Shown in pieces: positions 1 through 7,430 of a DNA stretch of 17,481 nt. The translations under genes were made by a program, and so were the position numbers. Origin of the DNA: Gemmatimonadota bacterium (lineage in GTDB: Bacteria; Gemmatimonadota; Gemmatimonadetes; Gemmatimonadales; GWC2-71-9); the NCBI GenBank assembly GCA_039591655.1, contig JBDHDE010000053.1:1-17481 (forward strand), written 5' to 3'. Each line of letters opens with the position of its first letter. The first letter of the stretch is position 1. The notes beneath the pieces were generated by a model. It did no database searches, was not told where the DNA came from, and saw nothing but the letters and a program-made list of their open reading frames with translations.

Positions 1-710
1 CCCCGCTGCGCCGCTTCCACGACGAACTTGCTGAAGCGGCTGAAGCCCGCTTCCTTCTCGTCGAAGTTCGGATCGATGGTCTGCATCACCTGCTTGAGTC
101 GGTCGGAGCGCATCACGTCTCCGTCTCTCCTCATCTGCGATACCGCCTCGACGACCAGCTCCCAGGGATCCCGGCGGCTGGTCTCGCCCTCGCCCTCCTT
201 CATCAGCCCGGTGATCTCGTTGTAGCCGTAGTACTCGTCGCAGTTCTGGATCAGGAGATCACTAGAGGACTCGCGAATCCCGACGCCGATCACGTACTTA
301 CCGTATTCCTTGAGCTTCAGCACGAGGCTCGAGAAGTCGGAGTCGCCCGACAGCAGGATGAAGGTGCCGATCTCCGGCCGCGTGAACACCAGCTCGAGGG
401 CGTCGATCGCCAACCGGATGTCGGTGGCGTTCTTCTTGTTGGACCCGAAGGCGGGGGCGAAGATGAGGTCGATCGACGCCTCGGAGAGCGGGACGATGTA
501 CTGCGGGTAGCGGCGCCAGTCCGCATAGGCGCGCTGGACGGCCACCTTCCCCTTGATGATCTCCGAGTTGAGGAGCCGCTTCAGTTGCGCCTGGAGATCC
601 GAGCGCATCCCCAGCGTCACGTTATCGAAATCGATGAGCAGAGCCGCGTTATGGGCCAGCGGCTCTCCGATGGCGGCACGATAGGGCCGCCCTGTACCAG
701 ATTCCCTCAC
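1..710 (-). CDS. NYN-domain (LabA/DUF88, PIN-like) putative ribonuclease with C-terminal OST-HTH/LOTUS domain; runs off the left edge
   Basis: Manual translation from GTG at 710 (GTGA overlap with upstream stop): ...[11 protein letters not shown]...VQRAYADW...[15 protein letters not shown]...[28 protein letters not shown]...CDEYY...[26 protein letters not shown]. DxDN, D(x)5D and SGDSDF acidic motifs of NYN; the PxFD...GFxxFSxF motif of OST-HTH. Not in the ORF track because it has no stop in the window. Confidence 0.92.
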   Translation of the reverse strand, partial: MRESGTGRPYRAAIGEPLAHNAALLIDFDNVTLGMRSDLQAQLKRLLNSEIIKGKVAVQRAYADWRRYPQYIVPLSEASIDLIFAPAFGSNKKNATDIRLAIDALELVFTRPEIGTFILLSGDSDFSSLVLKLKEYGKYVIGVGIRESSSDLLIQNCDEYYGYNEITGLMKEGEGETSRRDPWELVVEAVSQMRRDGDVMRSDRLKQVMQTIDPNFDEKEAGFSRFSKFVVEAAQR

Positions 711-2281
711 GTAGTACTCAATTCCAGCCCCACCACCTGCGCCAGCTCCCGTCGCTTCACCTTCCCGCTCCCGGTCATCGGGAAGGTGTCGAAGAAGCGG
801 ACACGGTCCGGGACTTTGTAGTCAGGCAGTTGCTCTCGACAATACTCCTTCAGCTCGTCCCCCGTCACGATCGCTCCCTCGACGGGGATGACGCAGGCGC
901 AGATGAGCTCCCCCAGTACCTCGTGGGGAACGCCCACTACGCAGGCGTCGTCCACCGCCGGGTGCGTACGGAGGACATCCTCCAGTTCCCGCGGAAACAC
1001 GTTGTACCCGCCGCGAATGATCATCTCCTTGCGGCGGCCGACGATTGACACAAACCCGTCCTCGTCCACGATCGCGAGATCGCCGGTGAGAAAGTACCCC
1101 TCCGCGGTGAACGACCGCTTGGTCTCCGACGGCATGCGGTGATAGCCCGCCATGACGTTGGGACCTCGTACCGCCAATTCGCCCACTGCCTCCGGACCGT
1201 GCAACGACCCGTCGGTAGGATCCGCCACCCGTACCTCCACCCCGTCGATTGGCCGCCCTACCGACCGCTCCCGCAGCTCGGCGGGATCATCGAAGCGCGT
1301 AATCGACACCGTCGGGCCCGTCTCGGTCAGGCCGTAGGCGATTTGGACGTCACTCCACTGCCGGATCCGCCGCACCAGATCGCCGGAGACCGGGGCTCCG
1401 GCCACGATGCCGGTCCGCACAGTGGAAAGGTTCCTGCTCCCGAAGGACGCGTCGCCCATGAGGAGCTGGAACATCGTGGGCACGCCGTCGAACACTGTGA
1501 TCCGCTCCCGCTCGATGATGTCGAGCGCCTCGGTCGGATCAAACTGGGACTGGAGCACGAGAGTGCCGCCGGCCACGAACGACGTGATCGCCACGTTCAT
1601 CCCGAATACGGTGAACAGTGGCACGGCCGCCAGCACGCGATCGTCGCCGTTCATGCTCAAGGCCTCGGCGACGCACCGCGCCGTGTGCACCAGGTTGTGG
1701 TGCGTCAGCACCACCCCCTTCGGCTTGCCCATCGTCCCCGACGTGTACACGATTGCGAGCGGCGCCTCAGCCGGGTCGACCGGCGCCATCGTGGCCGGCC
1801 CCACCCGCTTCCCCCGGGTGACCAGGTCACCGAATTGGAAGACCCGGTCGTCGTACCAGAAGTCCTGCCGCCCCACCGTCACCAGGTACTGGAGGTCGGG
1901 CAGCTCTCCGACCAGATCTTCGAACAGCTCGAGATAATCCAGCTCCCCCAGTGACTCCGCCGCCACCGCCAAGCTCGCCTCCGTATTGCGGAGCTGATAC
2001 TTGAGCTCGTGGTAGCCGAGGAAGGGGTACAGCGGCACGAAAACCGCGCTGAGCTTCGCCGTAGCCAGCAGCGTGATCACGCACTCCGGCCAGTTCGGGA
2101 GGTCCACCGCGATGCGGTCGCCGGGCTCGATGCCCAGACCTGTGAACCCCGCTGCCAGGGCGTCGGCCTCTGCTGCAATCTGGCCGTACGTGAGGCGGCG
2201 GTTGCCTGCCACCAGGCACTCCCGGTCTGGGTGCTCCCGGACGCGCTGCTCGAACAGCTCCGCCACGTGGTACGTGCTCAA
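707..2281 (-). CDS. Class I adenylate-forming enzyme, long-chain acyl-CoA ligase-like (AMP-binding)
   Basis: [12 protein letters not shown]-loop, [20 protein letters not shown] and SGKV motifs. Start placed at TTG 2281 behind a GGGAGAGGG SD; the track start at GTG 2374 adds a non-conserved-looking leader. Confidence 0.9.
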   Translation of the reverse strand: MSTYHVAELFEQRVREHPDRECLVAGNRRLTYGQIAAEADALAAGFTGLGIEPGDRIAVDLPNWPECVITLLATAKLSAVFVPLYPFLGYHELKYQLRNTEASLAVAAESLGELDYLELFEDLVGELPDLQYLVTVGRQDFWYDDRVFQFGDLVTRGKRVGPATMAPVDPAEAPLAIVYTSGTMGKPKGVVLTHHNLVHTARCVAEALSMNGDDRVLAAVPLFTVFGMNVAITSFVAGGTLVLQSQFDPTEALDIIERERITVFDGVPTMFQLLMGDASFGSRNLSTVRTGIVAGAPVSGDLVRRIRQWSDVQIAYGLTETGPTVSITRFDDPAELRERSVGRPIDGVEVRVADPTDGSLHGPEAVGELAVRGPNVMAGYHRMPSETKRSFTAEGYFLTGDLAIVDEDGFVSIVGRRKEMIIRGGYNVFPRELEDVLRTHPAVDDACVVGVPHEVLGELICACVIPVEGAIVTGDELKEYCREQLPDYKVPDRVRFFDTFPMTGSGKVKRRELAQVVGLELSTT

Positions 2282-2366
2282 CAGACCCTCTCCCACACGT
2301 CGGGAATCGTTGAAGGTAATAGACTTAGGCGACCGGGGGTAGGTTCGGCGGACCCTCTGGGCACCC

Positions 2367-2786
2367 CTATTCACCCATCACTTTGACGATCACCCGCTTG
2401 CGCCGCTTGCCGTCCCACTCACCGTAGAACACCCGCTGCCACGGACCGAGGTCCAGCTCCCCCTTGGTGATCGGCACGATCACCTCGTGTCCGATGGTCA
2501 GGCTCCGGAGGTGGGCGGCTCCATTGTCCTCGCCGGTGAGGTTGTGCTGATACCGGTCGGGCTCCCACGGGGCCACCGTCTCTTCGAGCCACTTCAGAAT
2601 GTCCTTCCAGAGGCCCGACTCGTGGTCGTTCACGAACACCGAGGCCGTGATGTGCATGGCCGAAACCAGCACGAACCCCTCCGCGACCCCGCTGGCGGCC
2701 ACATGCTCCACCACCGTGTCCGTGATGTCGATGATCTCCTGGCGCCGCTTGGTATTGAACCAGAGGTACTCGGTGTGGGATTTCAT
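2367..2786 (-). CDS. yjbQ: YjbQ/UPF0047 family protein (annotated as secondary thiamine-phosphate synthase)
   Basis: IIDIT, HITAS..VN, YQHN...[26 protein letters not shown] motifs; ATG at 2786 ([10 protein letters not shown]), 139 aa. Confidence 0.9.
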   Translation of the reverse strand: MKSHTEYLWFNTKRRQEIIDITDTVVEHVAASGVAEGFVLVSAMHITASVFVNDHESGLWKDILKWLEETVAPWEPDRYQHNLTGEDNGAAHLRSLTIGHEVIVPITKGELDLGPWQRVFYGEWDGKRRKRVIVKVMGE

Positions 2787-2859
2787 GGGGCGGATCCTTT
2801 GGTCAGGCATTGAATCGGAAGAGGGCGAGGCCGAGTCCCCCGGGAGCACACATCAGAAG

Positions 2860-2964
2860 GGCTCGCGCCGGAGCGAGGCCGGCCTTGCGCTGTGAGCGAG
2901 GGTGGGGACTGGGGTCGAGCCACGCGCCTTGCGCTGTGAGCGACGGTGGGAACTGCGGTCGAGC
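2860..2964. repeat. Tandem direct repeat: two 39-bp units (2882-2920, 2926-2964; period 44) plus a degenerate half copy (2860-2878)
   Basis: gccttgcgctgtgagcgagggtggggactggggtcgagc vs gccttgcgctgtgagcgacggtgggaactgcggtcgagc: 36/39 identical, 5-nt spacer cacgc. The partial copy is ggctcgcgccggagcgagg. Confidence 0.9.
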
Positions 2965-2972
2965 GACCGAGC

Positions 2973-3524
2973 CTACAGAACCCGCAACTGCTCTAGCGTG
3001 TCCTCTCCGTAGAAGAACCTTATGTACTTCTCCTGAATCGGCGTGAGCCTCCGCACCGCCCACGTGAGGTACACGAAGTACGGCTCGGCGGGGAGCCGTC
3101 GCAGCCGCATGCCGCACTCCTGGGGCAGCCGGTTGCCCTTCCGGGTGTTGCAGGACGAACAGGCGGTCACCACGTTGGTCCAGTCGTTGGTGCCCCCCCG
3201 TGACAGCGGGACGAGGTGGTCGCGGGTCAGGCACTCTCTGAACCCGAGCTCGTGCTCCGTCCGCAGGCAGAACTGGCAGGTGTAGGCGTCTCGGGCGAAC
3301 AGGAAGATGTTGGTGACCTGGCGGCGGAACTTCCGGGGAATGTGCACGAACCGCACCAATCGGATGACGGACGGACGCGGGACGCTGAAGCGCGCACTCC
3401 GGACCAGCCGGTGACCGTCGGTCTCGACGATCTCCGCCTTGCCGTCGATCACCAAGCGGAGTGCCCGCCGGACCGGCACCAAGGTGAGTGGCTCGAACGA
3501 CGCGTTCAGGGTCAAGCAGCGCAC
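2973..3524 (-). CDS. HNH endonuclease (McrA-like/COG1403, LNASxEPL subfamily)
   Basis: N-terminal LNASFEPL and PSVIRL; RDAYTCQFC...LTRDHLVPLSRGG...WTNVVTACSSCNTRKG (HNH core with two CxxC). GTG start at 3524, 7 nt after AGGAGG; 183 aa. Confidence 0.93.
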   Translation of the reverse strand: MRCLTLNASFEPLTLVPVRRALRLVIDGKAEIVETDGHRLVRSARFSVPRPSVIRLVRFVHIPRKFRRQVTNIFLFARDAYTCQFCLRTEHELGFRECLTRDHLVPLSRGGTNDWTNVVTACSSCNTRKGNRLPQECGMRLRRLPAEPYFVYLTWAVRRLTPIQEKYIRFFYGEDTLEQLRVL

Positions 3525-3594
3525 GTCCAATCCTCCTGCCTGCCACAAGAATCCCGCCGCGCTCAAGCGGAACGGGCGGGAGGGGAGTTAGCTG

Positions 3595-3623
3595 AACGTA
3601 CAGCGGATCGTAAGGTACTGCAA
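3595..3623 (-). promoter_or_regulatory. Putative sigma70 promoter for the HNH gene (TTGCAG-17-TACGTT)
   Basis: On the minus strand TTGCAG (3623-3618), a 17-nt spacer and TACGTT (3600-3595), followed by a leader with hairpin tcccgcc/ggcggga and an AGGAGG SD. Confidence 0.55.
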
Positions 3624-3675
3624 TAGGGAGTGTTACGCCTCGACCCCGCCCGTCGCGCCGCCGCCGCCGCAACTA

Positions 3676-3873
3676 TCCCACCGTTTAGGGCATCCAACCT
3701 GTGGGCGCGGCTTTCCCAACACGAAACCCGGCGCCTGCAGTCTCGTAGGATCAGACGGAGGCCACAGAGATACGCGGCGGCGTGCCGGGTACCCTGCCGC
3801 CCGGTAGGGTTGCTCGTTCGGAGGGGACGAGCGGGACCACGCAACGCCTGACCCGGTGCGCCGCGGCAGTCTC
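3676..3873 (+). ncRNA. Candidate structured non-coding RNA, 6S RNA-like architecture (core ~3676-3830)
   Basis: Intergenic region with multiple hand-folded helices whose non-Watson-Crick pairs are G-U on the + strand (A-C on the - strand). It can form a rod with an unpaired tttcccaacacgaa strand and an accctgcc/ggtagggt hairpin. Family not confirmed. Confidence 0.45.
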
Positions 3874-3907
3874 GGACGGGAAGCAGCTGGAAAGCCGCTT
3901 CCCGTCC
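3874..3907. terminator. GC-rich hairpin, possible bidirectional terminator or 3' protective stem
   Basis: ggacgggaagc (3874-3884) / gcttcccgtcc (3897-3907), a perfect 11 bp plus inner gct/agc. It lies 4 nt after the amidohydrolase stop and has no clear U-tract on either strand. Confidence 0.55.
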
Positions 3908-3911
3908 TCGT

Positions 3912-5171
3912 TCATCCAGGCTGTGCGTGGGATCGGCCGTGCACCCGCCGCCCCGCTACCCAGGTGGCCGCCACCGGTCCCGGCGCCGCTGCGAGGAGGC
4001 GCTCGAGAACATCCTCGGACGCGGCGGACCCGGCGGGCTCGAGGGGAAGCACGCAGAGATCGGCCCACTTGTCGGGCTCCAGCGTCCCGACGTCGCGCTC
4101 CATCCCGATGGCCCGGGCCCCGTCCACAGTGGCCAACCGCAGCGCCCGCTCCGCCGAGAGCCCCGCCAGCTGCTGCGCCGCCCGTGCCTCCGCCAACGGA
4201 TCCAGGGAATCCACGCTGACCCCCGAGTCCGTGCCGAGGCCCAGCCGCACCCCGGCGGCCAGCAGTTGCCGCAGCGGGGGATCGCCGTGCCCATGGCGCC
4301 GATTGGACCGGGGGCACAGCGCCACCGCCGACGCGCTGCGCGCCAGGAGCGCGATGTCGTCCTCGTCGGCCTGCGCGACGTGGACGGCCAGCAGGTCACT
4401 CCCCAGGAGCCCCGCCCGCTCGGCGTGCCGCACCGCCGATGCCGCCGGCGCGGGCAGCGGGAAGCCCCGCGCCGCCCAGCTCTCGGCAAACGGCCCCTCT
4501 CCCCGAACGACGAACGCCGTCTCTGCCGGCGACTCGGCGACGTGGGAGGCCAGCTGCAGGCCCCGGTCCCTGGCATACTCCACCGCCAGCTCCAACAGGC
4601 GGGAACTCACGGTGTAGGGGGCGTGGGGCGAGACGCCCACGGTGACGTCCGGCGGCGCCTCCTGCCGCAGGTCTTCCACGACGCCTACCAGGCCACGGAG
4701 CAGCGCCTCCGCATCGCGGGGATCGGGGCCCAGCACCTCCTGGAAGTACAGGCCCCGCCCGCCCAGCTCCGCCAGCGCCCGCACGGTTGCCCCGCTGGTG
4801 CCCGTGTCGGCCACGGTAGTCGCCCCGTAGCGCCAACTCTCCCGCAGCCCGTCCCGGGCCCCCTCCAGGTACGCGTCCCCGGCGGTCGTCTCCCGGATGC
4901 GCCGCATGTGCTGGATCCAGGCGGAGAAGTCCGACTCGGGAACCGCCCCGCGGAATCCATGGAGCTCGAGGTGCGTGTGGAGGTTGATCAGCCCCGGGAG
5001 GAGAGCGCACCGCGGGTACGAGGCCACCTCGGCGCCCGGCGGGTGTGGCACGGCGTCGTCGGGCCCCACCGCGGCGATGCGACCTGCGGGGTCGATCAGC
5101 AGGGCGCCCCGCTCGAGGGGCGGCGAGGAGACGGGCCAGATGACGTCTGCGGTGACCCGCAGGAGAGTCAG
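3912..5171 (-). CDS. Metal-dependent amidohydrolase (MtaD/aminofutalosine deaminase-like nucleoside deaminase family)
   Basis: PGLINLHTHLE (HxH), SPHAPYTV, HVAES, LAVH, LCPRSN and LGTDS motifs. The start is probably the CTG at 5171 overlapping the PBP stop (see findings). Confidence 0.88.
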   Translation of the reverse strand: MTLLRVTADVIWPVSSPPLERGALLIDPAGRIAAVGPDDAVPHPPGAEVASYPRCALLPGLINLHTHLELHGFRGAVPESDFSAWIQHMRRIRETTAGDAYLEGARDGLRESWRYGATTVADTGTSGATVRALAELGGRGLYFQEVLGPDPRDAEALLRGLVGVVEDLRQEAPPDVTVGVSPHAPYTVSSRLLELAVEYARDRGLQLASHVAESPAETAFVVRGEGPFAESWAARGFPLPAPAASAVRHAERAGLLGSDLLAVHVAQADEDDIALLARSASAVALCPRSNRRHGHGDPPLRQLLAAGVRLGLGTDSGVSVDSLDPLAEARAAQQLAGLSAERALRLATVDGARAIGMERDVGTLEPDKWADLCVLPLEPAGSAASEDVLERLLAAAPGPVAATWVAGRRVHGRSHAQPG

Positions 5172-7345
5172 TGCCGCCCTCCCGAGTGCCTCACCCCTGC
5201 GGCGGACGAGAAGATGCGCTCGAACGGGTTGTGGATGGGACAGAACTCGGTGGGCTCGGTCCCGGGCACGAACCACTCGAAATACACCGACTCCCGCGGG
5301 CAGAAGTCGGTGGCCAGATACCCGGTAGTGTTGTCGATGCGCTGCAGCTCCAGCCCGTCCGGACGCACCCAGTCTGGGGGTGGCGGGCGGCGCTCGTACA
5401 CGTCGTTCATGAACTGGGCCCACGCCGGCGCGGCGAGGAGCCCGCCCTGGGCATTCGCTTTGATCTTCCGCGGCTGGTCGAACCCGACCCATACTGCCGT
5501 CACGATCTCAGGCGTGAATCCAATGAACCAGACGTCGGTGCCGTCGTTGGTGGTCCCGGTCTTCCCGCCGGCAGGCTGCCGGAACCCGCCCCGCACCCGA
5601 ACCGCCGCGGTAGCCGTGCCGCGGTCGACCACCCAGGTGAGCATGTTGGTGAGGAGCCAGCCCCGTTCCTCATCCAGCACCCGGGTGCGCCGCACCTGCG
5701 GCTGCCACACGATATTGCCGTCGACGTCCTCCACGCGCAGGATCGCCACGGGGGCGGCCTGCACGCCGGCAGTCGCGAACGCGGTGTAGGCCGACGCCAT
5801 CTCCATCGGGATCACCGAGGCGGACCCGATGAACACCGAGTTGAACCGCGGCAGCCGGGTGGAGAGCCCATAGCGCTGCGCCTCACCGACCACCGCCGGC
5901 ACCCCGAGCTCGAGGCCCATCTTGATGGCGACGAGGTTGCGGGACAGGGCCAGCCCCCGACGCATGGTCATGGGCCCGTAGAACCGGTCGTCGAAGTTCT
6001 GCGGCTCCCACGGCATCGTGTCATTCTGCATGATGCTAACGGGGCCGTCTTCGATCATGTGGCTCGCCGGACGCCCGGCGCGCAGCGCCGCCGAGAACAC
6101 GAACGGCTTGAAGGTCGAGCCGGCCTGGCGCTCGGCCTGGGTCACACGATTCCACTCGGAGTGGCTGAAGTCCCGACCCCCGACCATGGCCCGCACGTAG
6201 CCCGAGTCGGCGTCCAGCGTTATGAGCCCGCCCTGGAGATACGGGGTCTGCGTGAGCTTCACACCCGGCGTGTACAGGGAGTCCAGGTACGCCTGGTAGG
6301 TGAGGTGGTGGTAGCTGCCGTACTCCTCGCTCTCGATCCGCTCGAGCTGCTCCGCGAGCGCCCGCTCCGCCGCCAGCTGCATGTCCAGATCGAGCGTCGT
6401 GTATACCCGGTAGCCCCGCTCGTAGATCGCGTTGCCAAAGCGCGCGTAGAGCTGCTGCCGCACCCACTCCACGAAATACGGCGCCACGTCGCCGTAGTCC
6501 TCCCGGGAGCTCAGGGCAATGGGGTAGCCCTTCCAGCGGTCCGCCTCGTCGGGCGTGAGGTAGCCCTGATCGCGCATGAGGTTGAGCACGAGGTTGCGGC
6601 GGTACAGGGCGCGGGCCGGATGACGGCGCGGATCGTATCGGCCCGGGACGTTCGCGATGGCCGCCAGCAGGGCCGCCTCGGCCACGTTCACATTGCGGGC
6701 CGACTTACCGAAGTACTTCTGGGCCCCCGCCTCCACCCCGTACGCGCTGCCGCCGAGGTAGATCTGGTTGAGGTACAGCTCGAGGATGCGGTCCTTGGTG
6801 TAGGTCTCCTCGAGCTCCAGGGCCACCCGCATCTCGCGCACCTTGCGGCGCGGGTCCTTCGCACTGGGGAGCTGCTCCCGCCACACGTTGCGGGCCAGCT
6901 GCATCGTGATGGTGGAGAACCCCTCGGCAAAGCTCAGGGTCGTGAGATTCACCACGATGGCGCGGAGCACGCCCCGAGCGTCGATGCCCCCGTGGTCGTA
7001 GAAGCGCCTGTCCTCGACTGCGATGAAGGCTGCAGGAACCGCCGGGGCGATCTCATCGAACCGCAAGACGGTGCGGTGCTCCACACCGACTTCCTGGATC
7101 AGCCGCCCGTCCGCGGCATAGACCTTCAGCGCCTGGGTCGGGCGATAGGACTCGAGCACCCCGATCGAGGGACAGGCGTTCCCGGCGCAGGCGCGGCTCC
7201 ACCCGCCGTACGCGAGACCCAACCCGAAACCCACGCCGAGCACGCCCACGACCAGGAGTATCATCCAGGTGCGGCGGCTCCAGTGCCAGGGAAGCAGACC
7301 GGCGAGGCGGGCACGCAGTGCCGGCGAGCTAATGAGCTGCATCAT
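5168..7345 (-). CDS. mrcA: Class A penicillin-binding protein 1A (transglycosylase-transpeptidase)
   Basis: N-terminal TM helix; GT51 motifs EDRRF, GFSTITMQLARN, RKVRE and ILELYLNQIYLG; transpeptidase SxxK (STFK), SxN (SRN) and KTG (GKTGT). Confidence 0.95.
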   Translation of the reverse strand: MMQLISSPALRARLAGLLPWHWSRRTWMILLVVGVLGVGFGLGLAYGGWSRACAGNACPSIGVLESYRPTQALKVYAADGRLIQEVGVEHRTVLRFDEIAPAVPAAFIAVEDRRFYDHGGIDARGVLRAIVVNLTTLSFAEGFSTITMQLARNVWREQLPSAKDPRRKVREMRVALELEETYTKDRILELYLNQIYLGGSAYGVEAGAQKYFGKSARNVNVAEAALLAAIANVPGRYDPRRHPARALYRRNLVLNLMRDQGYLTPDEADRWKGYPIALSSREDYGDVAPYFVEWVRQQLYARFGNAIYERGYRVYTTLDLDMQLAAERALAEQLERIESEEYGSYHHLTYQAYLDSLYTPGVKLTQTPYLQGGLITLDADSGYVRAMVGGRDFSHSEWNRVTQAERQAGSTFKPFVFSAALRAGRPASHMIEDGPVSIMQNDTMPWEPQNFDDRFYGPMTMRRGLALSRNLVAIKMGLELGVPAVVGEAQRYGLSTRLPRFNSVFIGSASVIPMEMASAYTAFATAGVQAAPVAILRVEDVDGNIVWQPQVRRTRVLDEERGWLLTNMLTWVVDRGTATAAVRVRGGFRQPAGGKTGTTNDGTDVWFIGFTPEIVTAVWVGFDQPRKIKANAQGGLLAAPAWAQFMNDVYERRPPPPDWVRPDGLELQRIDNTTGYLATDFCPRESVYFEWFVPGTEPTEFCPIHNPFERIFSSAAGVRHSGGRH

Positions 7346-7388
7346 GTGACGTCGACCGATCCCCAAACGTAGTGAGTCCCTGGTCAGC

Positions 7389-7418
7389 TTGCCAGCGGGG
7401 GTGCTGGGTCCTTAAGCT
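7389..7418 (+). promoter_or_regulatory. Putative sigma70 promoter for tyrS (TTGCCA-18-TAAGCT)
   Basis: TTGCCA at 7389-7394 and TAAGCT at 7413-7418, 12 nt before ATG 7431. Confidence 0.4.
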
Positions 7419-7430
7419 AGGCCGCAGCCC

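Noticed and set aside
2882..2964. CRISPR or TIGR-like array next to an HNH nuclease
   Set aside because: Only two full units with a 5-nt spacer, no variable spacers, and no cas or Nop-domain gene.
2911..3684. Short inverted matches flanking the HNH gene (acggtggga 2943-51 / tcccaccgt 3676-84; ggggtcgag 2911-19 / ctcgacccc 3639-47)
   Set aside because: Only 9-mers in ~70% GC DNA, not neatly collinear, with no target-site duplication or transposase; compatible with chance.
3575..3700. c-di-AMP (ydaO) riboswitch suggested by CAGCTAACTCC on the minus strand; cobalamin riboswitch suggested by aataggga/ccgcaact on the plus strand
   Set aside because: The other conserved blocks (GAATC and GGGGAACC; GGTG-AA-TCC and the B12 box) are absent, and the match overlaps the predicted promoter.
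3563..3851. Small ORFs in the HNH-amidohydrolase gap (3563-3844 -, 3630-3851 +)
   Set aside because: Arg/Ala/Pro-rich low-information translations with no properly spaced SD or motifs; the region is better explained by promoters and RNA structure.
2973..3907. IscB/HEARO (OMEGA) or IS200/IS605 element
   Set aside because: The HNH is 183 aa with no PLMP or RuvC segments, there is no TnpA, and the RNA candidate is on the opposite strand.
5171..7372. 733-aa + strand ORF, and other long antisense ORFs (3927-5789, 7446-8363, 10351-11451, 13972-14895)
   Set aside because: Shadow frames opposite motif-bearing genes, expected from high-GC codon bias; no recognisable motifs.
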